From: Patescibacteria group bacterium
GTDB lineage: Bacteria; Patescibacteriota; Gracilibacteria; Peribacterales; Peribacteraceae
Assembly: GCA_018814875.1 (NCBI GenBank)
Contig: JAHIYH010000031.1
Coordinates: forward strand, 12,739-76,738
Direction of reading: 5' to 3'
Length of the DNA: 64,000 nt
Shown here: positions 30,104 to 38,709 of the stretch, piece after piece
Layout: every line of letters begins with the position of its first letter
Numbering within the stretch: position 1 is the first letter of the stretch
Program-made: the position numbers and the translations under genes
Notes under the pieces: generated by a model
What the model was told of the DNA's origin: nothing
Databases searched by the model: none
Seen by the model: only the letters and a program-made list of their open reading frames with translations

Positions 30104-31075
30104 ATGGAACCTAAGCGTGCACTTATTCTTGGAATTACAGGACAAGATGGAAGTTACCTTGCTGAGGTGCTTCTAGAAAAAGATTACGAAGTTCACGGAC
30201 TGATCAGAAGGTCTGCCACAGGCAACACCTGCAATATCGACCACTTTATAGATGACATAGAACTGCACAGAGGAGATCTATCGGATGCACCATCACTTTA
30301 CAGCGCAATCAACACAGTTCGTCCTGATGAGATCTATAACGAAGCAGATCAAGATCATGCTGGTTGGAGTTATAGCGTCGTTGATTATGCTTCGGATATC
30401 ACAGGCGCAGCTCCTGGTAGAATCTTGGAGATCATCAGACAGATTGATACCAAGATAAAATTCTTCCAGCCACTTACATCCAATATGTTTGGTCAGGCAG
30501 AGGAGTGCCCACAGAATGAAGAAACCAAACTTATGCCGCAGAGTCCTTACGCGTGTGCAAAGGCTTATGCTTTTATGCTCACACGTTATTACAGGCAGGT
30601 GCATAACATCTTTGCTTCTACTGCTATCTTCTTTAATCACGAATCTCCACGTCGCACTCCCTCGTATGTTTCGCGAAAGATTACACAGGCTGCAGTTAGA
30701 ATTTCACTTGGATTACAAGATAAACTTTATTTGGGTGATATAGAACCAGAGATAGATTTTGGATACGCAAAGGAATACATGGAGACGGCATGGAAAATAA
30801 TGCAACAAGACAAGCCCGATGACTTTGTAATTGGAACAGGCGAAGCACATTCAGTTAGAGAGCTTATGGAAGCAGCGTTTAAAGCAGTTGGTCTGAATGC
30901 AGATGATTATGTAGAGATTGATCCAAAACTCATCCGTCCAGGCAAAACAAGTACTCTAATTGCAGATTATTCCAAGGCAAATAAAGTATTTGGATACGAA
31001 CCAAAAGTTAAATATGAGGATTTGGTGAAGATCATGATTGAGCATGATAAACGAATTGAGACGAGGACGGTCTAA
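30104..31075 (+). CDS. Divergent GDP-mannose 4,6-dehydratase-like SDR
   Basis: [25 protein letters not shown], but atypical YNEADQDH and QPLTSN motifs. Confidence 0.8.
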   Translation: MEPKRALILGITGQDGSYLAEVLLEKDYEVHGLIRRSATGNTCNIDHFIDDIELHRGDLSDAPSLYSAINTVRPDEIYNEADQDHAGWSYSVVDYASDITGAAPGRILEIIRQIDTKIKFFQPLTSNMFGQAEECPQNEETKLMPQSPYACAKAYAFMLTRYYRQVHNIFASTAIFFNHESPRRTPSYVSRKITQAAVRISLGLQDKLYLGDIEPEIDFGYAKEYMETAWKIMQQDKPDDFVIGTGEAHSVRELMEAAFKAVGLNADDYVEIDPKLIRPGKTSTLIADYSKANKVFGYEPKVKYEDLVKIMIEHDKRIETRTV

Positions 31076-31172
31076 ACAATCAACAATCAACAGTCAACAC
31101 GCGCCTGCGGCGCTCTCAACAATCAACAATCAACAATCAACACGGGTGCTAAGCATCCTCTTAACAATCAAC
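31073..31172. repeat. Left arm of the four-helix-bundle cassette: 7-bp TCAACAA array with embedded GC hairpin
   Basis: taaacaatcaacaatcaacagtcaacacgc-gcctgcggc-gctctcaacaatcaacaatcaacaatcaacac; begins at the upstream TAA. Confidence 0.92.
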
Positions 31173-31209
31173 TTGTTTTGTATGAATGTATTTGGTAGAT
31201 TCGCGTGCT

Positions 31210-31575
31210 ATGTCGGCTTTTAGATTCAAACAGTTCAAAGTTTATAAAGACGCGAAAGAATTTCGAAGGCAAGTTTCGCGTCTTGTAATCAAGCTAACGG
31301 ATAAGCGAGCGTATGATCTTTCCGCTCAAATAAGAAGAGCAAGTCTTTCGATTGTTCTCAATATTGCGGAAGGATCAGCAAAGAAATCAGATATTGATTT
31401 TGCGAGGTTTTTAGAAATATCATCAGGATCTGTTAATGAAGTTGTTGCAGGATTTGATGTTGCACACGACGAAAATCTGATTTCCAGTGAAGATTTAAAT
31501 CTAATTGAAGATAAAGCAAGAGAAATTATAAATCAATTAGGAGGCTTTATAAAAAGCTTAAGAGTTAAAAGTTGA
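31210..31575 (+). CDS. Four helix bundle protein (23S rRNA IVP / Avd-like family)
   Basis: FKQFKVYKDA, LSAQIRRASLSIVLNIAEGS, FARFLEISSGSVNEV, LGGFIKSL are family hallmarks. Confidence 0.9.
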   Translation: MSAFRFKQFKVYKDAKEFRRQVSRLVIKLTDKRAYDLSAQIRRASLSIVLNIAEGSAKKSDIDFARFLEISSGSVNEVVAGFDVAHDENLISSEDLNLIEDKAREIINQLGGFIKSLRVKS

Positions 31576-31619
31576 TAGTTGATAGTTGATAGTTGATAGC
31601 GCAGCGTGTTGATTGTTAT
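31570..31619. repeat. Right arm of the four-helix-bundle cassette: 7-bp AGTTGAT array
   Basis: agttgatagttgatagttgatagttgatagcgcagcgtgttgattgttat; near reverse complement of the left arm and contains the stops of both adjacent genes. Confidence 0.92.
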
Positions 31620-32728
31620 ACCGCTACCGATTCAATAACATCACACACCCTCTCCATCTGCTCATCTGTAATAGCTAGCCCTGATGGAAGATATAGACCT
31701 CTTTCAGCAACGTATTCGGTCACAGGGAACGTTTCTTCTGTGGGATAAAGCTCACTGACCGCAGGTTGCTCGTGGCAGGGAACAAAGAATGTTCTGGTAT
31801 CAACTCCTTGCTCTTTAAGTTTGGCCGCAAACTCATCACGGCTCATGCCGAACTCATCTTCAATCAAGATTGCATACATCCAGTACACGTTTTTCGCGTA
31901 ATCTTTTGTAATGGGAGTGCGAATACCTTTGATACCTTGCAGTCTCTCTGTATAAAAATTCGCCATGTGCTCTTTTGTCTTCAAAAACTCTTCCAAGTGT
32001 TCCAGTTGCCCAAGGCCCAAGGCTGCTTGCAGATTGGTGACTCGATAGTTGTATCCGAGTTTTTCGTGGACGAATCGTTTTTGCTTTGAGTGCGACAAAT
32101 CTTTCAATGACCTGACACGTTCTGCGAGCTCATCATCATCTGTACACACCATTCCGCCTTCACCGGTTGAAATTATTTTGTTCCCGTAGAAACTAAAGGC
32201 ACTGATGTTCCCGAGTGATCCACACATTTTTCCTTTATAAGTTCCTCCATGAATTTCTGCAGCATCTTCTACTACAGAAATACCATGCTTTGCAGCAATT
32301 TCTAAAATTGGATCCATGTCGCAGCTATGTCCGTAAATGTGCACAGGCATTATTGCTTTTGTTTTTGGAGTTATTTTTTCTTCTAATTTGTTCGGATCCA
32401 TATTGTAAGTATCAGGTTCGACGTCGCAAAATACTGGTTTTGCTCCTGTGTACATAACAGCGAATACCGAGGCGATCATTGTAAAATCTGGCAGTATCAC
32501 TTCATCATCTGGGCCAACTTCAAGTGCCTCTAATGCCAAGTGGAGCGCGGTTGTTCCACTAGTAGTAAGTATCGCGTGTTTAACTCCAATTGTATTTGCA
32601 AAGGCTTCTTCAAACTTTCCTATGTAAGCACCTGCGGAAGAAATCCACCCCGTATCCAATGCATCATTTACGTACTTCTTTGCAGAAGCGGGGACAACGG
32701 GCTCGTTGACTGGTACAAAATCACTCAT
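31616..32728 (-). CDS. DegT/DnrJ aminotransferase, GDP-perosamine synthase-like
   Basis: GWISS.G, SGTTALHL, EDAAE, FSFYGNKIISTGEGG, GYNYRVTN. Confidence 0.88.
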   Translation of the reverse strand: MSDFVPVNEPVVPASAKKYVNDALDTGWISSAGAYIGKFEEAFANTIGVKHAILTTSGTTALHLALEALEVGPDDEVILPDFTMIASVFAVMYTGAKPVFCDVEPDTYNMDPNKLEEKITPKTKAIMPVHIYGHSCDMDPILEIAAKHGISVVEDAAEIHGGTYKGKMCGSLGNISAFSFYGNKIISTGEGGMVCTDDDELAERVRSLKDLSHSKQKRFVHEKLGYNYRVTNLQAALGLGQLEHLEEFLKTKEHMANFYTERLQGIKGIRTPITKDYAKNVYWMYAILIEDEFGMSRDEFAAKLKEQGVDTRTFFVPCHEQPAVSELYPTEETFPVTEYVAERGLYLPSGLAITDEQMERVCDVIESVAV

Positions 32729-32731
32729 TAC

Positions 32732-33139
32732 TTATGATTCAAGAAAGATTTTATCATTCTCTTGGTAGGGCCCTTGTTTTACTTCCATTATGCGTGATGG
32801 CTCAAGCATTTTTATAGAATGTCCTCCTTTTAAAAAGATTAAACATTGTCCTTCCTCAACAGTTTGTTCAGCCACTTTTTCCCATTCATCATTAAAAATT
32901 GTTACGAGCAGTTTTCCATTTTCAAGGATAATTAATTCTCCGATATTCTTAAGATCCAAATTGCGCGATTTATGCCTGTGAGGTTTTACTTCGTATTCCG
33001 CATCCCGCTCAAAAAATCCAACCTGCAAACTGTCGCAGTCTTCTGTTACGAATTTAACACCATTTTCTGTGTCCACATCTTGCTTAAAGATTAGGGCATA
33101 TATTTCTCCATTATGTTCTATGCGTTGGACAGCACTCAT
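32732..33139 (-). CDS. Cupin-fold protein of glycan loci
   Basis: PHRH, E, GGHS, EVKQGPY cupin motifs. Confidence 0.7.
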   Translation of the reverse strand: MSAVQRIEHNGEIYALIFKQDVDTENGVKFVTEDCDSLQVGFFERDAEYEVKPHRHKSRNLDLKNIGELIILENGKLLVTIFNDEWEKVAEQTVEEGQCLIFLKGGHSIKMLEPSRIMEVKQGPYQENDKIFLES

Positions 33140-33218
33140 GCTCCGAAGTATATGCAATTAGATATGCATTGCCATCTAATTTGAGACTATCTTCTAGATA
33201 GGATTGTTATCACCGCGT

Positions 33219-33617
33219 ATGCTCACTGGGATGTCCCGCAAATTCACGCCACATTTGTCGAAATTCATTATGTATTTTTTGAGTGGATCAACAGCTGCAT
33301 TTGCCGATATCGGTTCATATCTACTCATGTTACATATCGGAGTTTGGTATATTCTGGCCTCCGTAATTAGCGGAATAATCGGATTCTTCACTGCATTTTT
33401 ACTGCATAAATACATCGTATTCCAAAAGAAATCTAAGTTCCTAAAGCACTTAAGGCGTTATTTTATGGTAGATATGGTCAATTTGGTTATTATTACAGTA
33501 TTTTTGTATGCTCTGGTGGATTTCTGGGGAATTGATCCGGCAATCGCTAAATTTGTTGCCTTGACCCCTGTTGTTCTATGGAATTTTTTCATATATCGGT
33601 TTGTAGTATACGTATAG
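33219..33617 (+). CDS. GtrA family flippase-like protein
   Basis: Four TM segments, FLLHKYIVF, AKF..WNF...RFVVY; start uncertain. Confidence 0.82.
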   Translation: MLTGMSRKFTPHLSKFIMYFLSGSTAAFADIGSYLLMLHIGVWYILASVISGIIGFFTAFLLHKYIVFQKKSKFLKHLRRYFMVDMVNLVIITVFLYALVDFWGIDPAIAKFVALTPVVLWNFFIYRFVVYV

Positions 33618-33641
33618 TTGCTTTAGCCTGACTTACACACG

Positions 33642-34721
33642 ATGAATAAAAAAGCTTTGGTCACCGGCATAACAGGTCAGGATGGCTCATATCTGGCTGA
33701 GCTTTTGATGGAGAAGGGATACGAGGTGCACGGTATTGTAAGGCGGGTCTCCGAGCTACAAAGAGATCGAATCGACCACTTGTTTCCAGACAACTGGAAC
33801 TTTAAAGGAAACATTCAACTTCATTACGGAGATCTAGCCGACAGCAGTTCTCTTTTAAGAATTCTTATGAAGGTACAGCCGGATGAAATTTATAATCTTG
33901 CTGCACAATCGCATGTAGGAATCAGTTTCGATATTCCGGAATATACGGGAGACGTAACTGGAGTAGGTGTTACCAGACTTCTTGAACTTGTAAGAAGCAT
34001 AGATCTGCCAGCACGTTTTTATCAGGCAAGTAGCAGTGAGCTTTACGGAAAAGTCTCGGAGTCTCCTCAAACAGAAAAGACAGCATTCTATCCTCGTAGT
34101 CCTTACGCGAGTGCAAAGGCATATGCGTTTTATCTAACTCGCAACTACCGTGAAAGTTATAATATGTATGCAGTAAATGGAATCTTGTTTAATCACGAAT
34201 CTCCCAGAAGAGGAAGAAACTTTGTTACGCGTAAGATTACATGGAGCTTGGCATCAATTGCCGCAGGTAAGCGGAGGGCAATTCCTTTGGGTAATATGGA
34301 TGCAGAGCGAGACTGGGGATATGCAAAGGAATATGTAGAGGGCATGTGGCGTATGTTGCAGCAGGATGAACCGGATGACTATATTCTTGCAACAGGCCGA
34401 ACAGAATCCGTCAGGTCTTTTCTTGAGCTATGTTTGAATATTGGAGGATTCACCTTCGAAAGGCAGGGAGAAGGATTAGACGAAAAATACATTGATACAA
34501 ATTCTGGAAGAATATTGGTAGAAGTTGATCCGTATTACTACAGACCTGCAGAAGTAGATACCCTTATGGGCGATGCATCTAAAGCGAAAAATGAATTAGG
34601 TTGGGAGTCAAAAACAACACTAGAAGATTTGGCAACAATTATGATGGAGTCGGATTTCCGACAATTTGGATTGGAGCTTCCTACAAAAAAGAGTCAGGTT
34701 CTCACGTCTGCTTCTTTCTAA
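33642..34721 (+). CDS. gmd: GDP-mannose 4,6-dehydratase
   Basis: [55 protein letters not shown]. Confidence 0.95.
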   Translation: MNKKALVTGITGQDGSYLAELLMEKGYEVHGIVRRVSELQRDRIDHLFPDNWNFKGNIQLHYGDLADSSSLLRILMKVQPDEIYNLAAQSHVGISFDIPEYTGDVTGVGVTRLLELVRSIDLPARFYQASSSELYGKVSESPQTEKTAFYPRSPYASAKAYAFYLTRNYRESYNMYAVNGILFNHESPRRGRNFVTRKITWSLASIAAGKRRAIPLGNMDAERDWGYAKEYVEGMWRMLQQDEPDDYILATGRTESVRSFLELCLNIGGFTFERQGEGLDEKYIDTNSGRILVEVDPYYYRPAEVDTLMGDASKAKNELGWESKTTLEDLATIMMESDFRQFGLELPTKKSQVLTSASF

Positions 34722-35987
34722 TTAAAGCGCCAGATACTTGTAGCCCTCTTTCTCGATGTCTTCTTTACGTGCTATCGACTTAAGATCATAAAGTAAGCCT
34801 CCTTCCTTCAGGCTTGATAGAATTTTCTGAGGGAAGCTATCTAAGTATGTACTGTGTGGGACTAGCAATAGGACGGCATCATAAAGACCATTATCCAGTT
34901 TCCCAGCTGTATGGCCCATATTTTCAATTTCCTTCTCGTTCAAATATGGATCGTGAACATCCACTGAACATCCTGCCTCTTCTAGTTTTTGAATCACATT
35001 TCCAGACTTGCTGTTGCGCATGTCAGGTACGTTCTCTTTGAATGTTAGCCCTAACACAAGAACGCGTTTTCCATTTGGATTTCCAAGTGCATTTGAGACA
35101 CTCTTAGCAACAAATTCTCCCATGCCATCATTCACACTGCGGCCGGCCGCAATAACCTGTGTATCCATGCCGAGTTGCTTGGCTTTTTCTACCAAATAAT
35201 AAGGATCCACTCCGATGCAGTGCCCACCGACGAGTCCGGGTTGGAATGCGATAAAGTTCCATTTGGTTTTTGCTGCAGAAAAGACATCTTTGGAAGCGAT
35301 ATCCATCTCGTTACACATCATGGCGATTTCGTTTACAAAGGCTATGTTCAGATCACGTTGGGCATTCTCAATAGCTTTAGCCATCTCTGCGACCTTGATA
35401 GAAGGTGCGCGATGAATGCCTGCTTCTACAATAGAGTCATAAAGTTTACAGAGTGTGTCTGTAGTTTTCTCGTCTTGTCCTGAAACAATTTTAACAATTT
35501 TAGTAACTGTATGTTCTTTGTCACCTGGATTGATACGCTCAGGTGAGTAACCAAGAGTAAAACCTTTTCCACACTTCAATCCAGATTCTTTTTCCAAGAT
35601 GGGTCCACATACTTCCTCCGTTGTCCCTGGATAAACTGTCGATTCATATACAACGATTGCACCTTCCTTCAAATTTTCTCCAACTGCTTTTGTCCCAGCT
35701 TTCAAAATTGTGATGTCTGGTTTTTTGTCTTTATCAATCGGTGTGGGTAGAGCGACGATCACTATGTCAGCTTCTTTGAGAGACTTCGGATCCGTACTAA
35801 ATTCGATTGAGGATTCTTTGAGCTGCTCTTCAGTTAGTTCGTCTGTACTGTCCTTGCAATCTTCTAATTCGGCAATTCGTGTTCCATTCACATCATATCC
35901 GATAGTTCTATATCCTTTCTTTGCAAAGGCGTGAGCGAGCGGGAGACCAACATAGCCTAGGCCGACGATTGCTATTACCTGATTCAT
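34722..35987 (-). CDS. UDP-N-acetylhexosamine 6-dehydrogenase (WbpO/TviB-like)
   Basis: GLGYVGLP, YESTVYPG, YSPERINPGD, ENAQRDLNIA, GLVGGHCIGVDPYYL, FKENVPD.RNS. Confidence 0.92.
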   Translation of the reverse strand: MNQVIAIVGLGYVGLPLAHAFAKKGYRTIGYDVNGTRIAELEDCKDSTDELTEEQLKESSIEFSTDPKSLKEADIVIVALPTPIDKDKKPDITILKAGTKAVGENLKEGAIVVYESTVYPGTTEEVCGPILEKESGLKCGKGFTLGYSPERINPGDKEHTVTKIVKIVSGQDEKTTDTLCKLYDSIVEAGIHRAPSIKVAEMAKAIENAQRDLNIAFVNEIAMMCNEMDIASKDVFSAAKTKWNFIAFQPGLVGGHCIGVDPYYLVEKAKQLGMDTQVIAAGRSVNDGMGEFVAKSVSNALGNPNGKRVLVLGLTFKENVPDMRNSKSGNVIQKLEEAGCSVDVHDPYLNEKEIENMGHTAGKLDNGLYDAVLLLVPHSTYLDSFPQKILSSLKEGGLLYDLKSIARKEDIEKEGYKYLAL

Positions 35988-36034
35988 TGTGTTGATAGTG
36001 TAACCTCCTATGAAGTGTGGTGGTAGAAAAAGTC

Positions 36035-36090
36035 GCTGATTAGCTTATTAGTTGATTAGAGTAAGCCAATTAGCCAATAAGCCGCAAGCT
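36035..36090. repeat. Inverted tandem array, 8-bp unit GCTTATTA / CAATAAGC (degenerate)
   Basis: gctgattagcttattagttgatta ... taagccaattagccaataagcc. Confidence 0.75.
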
Positions 36091-36119
36091 GCTAGTATCT
36101 GGTATAGTCTTTTCAATCT

Positions 36120-36641
36120 ATGAAACATTTCTTTGTTGGCCGCACAAAATCGGTCCATCCGCCTTCACTTCATCCGCCGACAAATCTATGTACGACAAGA
36201 AAGCTACGGCGGATTCCGCGTGCAATATTCAAGTCTATTGCATTGATATTTCACAGACGTAAGTCTCTTGAGCTCCACATTCAATTCCTTAGATACTTCT
36301 TTGTAGGTGGAACTTCTTCTGTCTTAGATCTTCTGGTATTTGCAGTATTAGTTTCTCAGTACGATGTTCACTATCTTCTTGCAGCCTTTTTCTCGTACAT
36401 GGCTGGCCTACTTTGGAATTACATTCTTTGTGTAGCTTGGGTATTTGAGAGTAAGCATAAGCGCATACTGGAATTTGTAATGATCTTCCTTATCGCTATG
36501 GGGGGGCTAATGTGGACAGAACTTCTGATGTGGATTTTTGTGGAGTTTGTGGACGTGATGCCGATAATTGCGAAGATAATTGTGCTTTGGATTGTGTTGT
36601 TTTGGAACTTCGGAATGCGCAAGGTTTATGTATTTCATTGA
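36120..36641 (+). CDS. GtrA family protein
   Basis: QFLRYFFVGG, WNY....WVF, AKII...WNFGMRK.YVF. Confidence 0.85.
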   Translation: MKHFFVGRTKSVHPPSLHPPTNLCTTRKLRRIPRAIFKSIALIFHRRKSLELHIQFLRYFFVGGTSSVLDLLVFAVLVSQYDVHYLLAAFFSYMAGLLWNYILCVAWVFESKHKRILEFVMIFLIAMGGLMWTELLMWIFVEFVDVMPIIAKIIVLWIVLFWNFGMRKVYVFH

Positions 36642-36650
36642 AATAATTAT

Positions 36651-36724
36651 CCGTTATTTCGTTAATTCGTTATTTCGTTAACCCGTATGAGAAATTACGA
36701 AATAACTAAGTAACGAATTAACGT
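36651..36724. repeat. Inverted tandem array, 8-bp unit TTCGTTAT / ATAACGAA
   Basis: cgttatttcgttaattcgttatttcgtta ... ttacgaaataactaagtaacgaattaacg. Confidence 0.9.
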
Positions 36725-36747
36725 TTATGATAGAGTTCTTTAGACTT

Positions 36748-38193
36748 ATGGATAACTCTAAAACATCAGATGTACTCGTATTGGGGGCCGGTCCTGCTGG
36801 CATGGCGGCTGCGCTGGAGCTTTCTAGGAGAGGGAAGCGTGTTACAGTAATCGAGAAAGATTCTCAGGTAGGAGGATTGGCAAAGACATATATATTCTCC
36901 GAGCCAGAAGGAGTGTTTAGAACAGATAACGGGCCACATCGTTTCTTCAGCAAAAATAAGTATCTCTACGACATGATCGGAGATTTGCTTGGTGAAAAAT
37001 GGACTCAGGTCCCACGTCTTACGCGCTTCTTTGTTGGTGGAAAATTTTATTTCTATCCAGTTCGATTTAAAAATGTTCTAGGACAGATGGGTTTTATCAA
37101 AGCGTTTAGAGTTTTGTTTGATTATGTGATTGAACATATACGTGCACGTATTAAGCCTCGCAAAATGAATTCATTTGAAGATTTTGCTGTATCACGCTTT
37201 GGTCGCACGCTTGCAGAGTTTAATATGATCAATTACACCGAGAAGATCTGGGGAATTCCGGCGAGCGAGATCAATAAAGATTGGGCATCGCAACGTATTG
37301 CTGGATTAAGTTTGTTTTCTGCGATCAAGAAAATGATTTTTAAAAAAGGAGGACCTAAGTCGCTTGTTGATACGTTCTATTACCCAAGTCTTGGAGCCGG
37401 ACTCGTCTATGAGGGAATGAAGAAGAAAATTGAAGAGAATGGCGGTCAGGTTTTGCTCAATGCAGAGCCAATTTCTGTGAAGCACGAGAATGGTCGTGCA
37501 ACTCAGGTAGAAGTTAAAACTCAGCAAGGAACTAAGTTATTCTCTCCACAAGCAGTCATAAGTTCGATTCCTATCTCGCGCGAGATAGAGCTATTTGATC
37601 CTGTTGTTCCAAACGAAGTCCGTGATGCTGCGGGTAAACTGAGATTTCGTGCGCAGGTCTACCTCTTCCTCACGATTGATAAAGAAAAAGTAACAGATGA
37701 TAACTGGGTGTACTTTCCGGATAAGGAAGTTCCATTCGGACGAATTTCAGAAATGAAAAACTTTAGTAAAGAGATGAGTCCGTCGGATAAGACATCGCTC
37801 TTCGTTGAGTTTTTCTGTTTCGAAGGCGACGAGATCTGGAATGCGAACAAAGATCAGCTTTTTGATATGACAATGGAGTGGTTGGAGAAACTTAAGTTCC
37901 TAAAAAAAGAGGAAGTTTTGAATATTCATTACATCAAGAAGCCGAACGCTTATCCTCTCTACGATTTAGAATACAAAGAGCGCGTATCAACTGTTCTTAA
38001 TTGGATGGACTCGTTTGAAAACTTCTTTGCGATTGGTAGGCCAGGAAGATTCCGTTACACGAATCAGGATCACTCGCTCGAGATGGGAATACTAGCAGCG
38101 CGAAGTGTGTTGGAAGGGAAGCGGTACGAAGTTGATTCTGTAGGATCTGGCAAAGAGTACTTTGAGCAGGGGTATATACCAAATGAAAAATGA
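36748..38193 (+). CDS. FAD-dependent oxidoreductase of glycan loci (protoporphyrinogen oxidase / Glf-related)
   Basis: GAGPAG, IEK..VGG, DNGPHRFF, YTEKIWG, GRPGRFRYTNQDHS. Confidence 0.8.
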   Translation: MDNSKTSDVLVLGAGPAGMAAALELSRRGKRVTVIEKDSQVGGLAKTYIFSEPEGVFRTDNGPHRFFSKNKYLYDMIGDLLGEKWTQVPRLTRFFVGGKFYFYPVRFKNVLGQMGFIKAFRVLFDYVIEHIRARIKPRKMNSFEDFAVSRFGRTLAEFNMINYTEKIWGIPASEINKDWASQRIAGLSLFSAIKKMIFKKGGPKSLVDTFYYPSLGAGLVYEGMKKKIEENGGQVLLNAEPISVKHENGRATQVEVKTQQGTKLFSPQAVISSIPISREIELFDPVVPNEVRDAAGKLRFRAQVYLFLTIDKEKVTDDNWVYFPDKEVPFGRISEMKNFSKEMSPSDKTSLFVEFFCFEGDEIWNANKDQLFDMTMEWLEKLKFLKKEEVLNIHYIKKPNAYPLYDLEYKERVSTVLNWMDSFENFFAIGRPGRFRYTNQDHSLEMGILAARSVLEGKRYEVDSVGSGKEYFEQGYIPNEK

Positions 38194-38212
38194 ATAATGA
38201 AAAATGAATAAT
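38181..38212. repeat. Single-arm tandem array, 7-bp AATGAA(A/T), overlapping the upstream TGA stop
   Basis: aaatgaaaaatgaataatgaaaaatgaataat. Confidence 0.8.
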
Positions 38213-38230
38213 TACTGATGGCTGTGCTAT

Positions 38231-38500
38231 TTATAGTAATCGCAATACCTGTTTTACTAATGGATCTTGTGATAGAGAAAGTCTATAGCTCACAAAAAGC
38301 CCTCTCTTTTTCATTTTAACAATGCCTGCGAGTGCGAGTAGCCGAAGATGTTTTGATGTTGCTTGCAGTTTTAGACCTATTTCTTCCGCAATTTCGTTCA
38401 CTGTTGCATGTTGGTTCTCTTACAAGAAGAGGAGTATGTGTAGTCGCTTCTGACTTGCAAGAATCTTAAGGAGACGCTCTTGAGATTGTAAATCTTTCAT
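38231..38500 (-). pseudogene. ArsR/SmtB family transcriptional regulator with an internal TAA
   Basis: Manual translation MKDLQSQERLLKILASQKRLHILLFL*ENQHATVNEIAEEIGLKLQATSKHLRLLALAGIVKMKKRGLFVSYRL...; stop at 38420-38422; absent from the ORF track. Confidence 0.85.
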
Positions 38501-38528
38501 AAGTACTCTCTCTTGAGCATAATATTAG

Positions 38529-38552
38529 TAAACTAGTTGCGCAACTAGTTTA
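38529..38552. promoter_or_regulatory. Perfect 24-bp palindrome, candidate ArsR operator
   Basis: TAAACTAGTTGC|GCAACTAGTTTA, 28 bp upstream of the ArsR start, inside a larger tcttgagca...tgctcaaga inverted repeat. Confidence 0.6.
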
Positions 38553-38709
38553 TTACTTTGCTCAAGAAATACTTAACCGCATACCATTTCTAAGTTCCTA
38601 CTGCCGATAGTTCTACTGCCGATTAATACTTAAAGAGCATATGCAGTAATGTATTTCTCTACTCTTTATGGGTTCCTCAAAAGCTCAGGATTCACTATGA
38701 TTCAACTAT

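Noticed and set aside
31210-31575. Diversity-generating retroelement suggested by the Avd-like protein
   Set aside because: No reverse transcriptase and no TR/VR pair with adenine-specific differences was seen in this window.
31073-31619. 23S rRNA intervening sequence
   Set aside because: The flanks are protein-coding genes and I saw no rRNA sequence in the window.
38420-38422. Alternative genetic code or stop readthrough
   Set aside because: The internal stops seen are TAA, and TAA, TAG and TGA all end conserved genes at the expected positions (e.g. TGA in ahcY and pheT), so code 11 fits.
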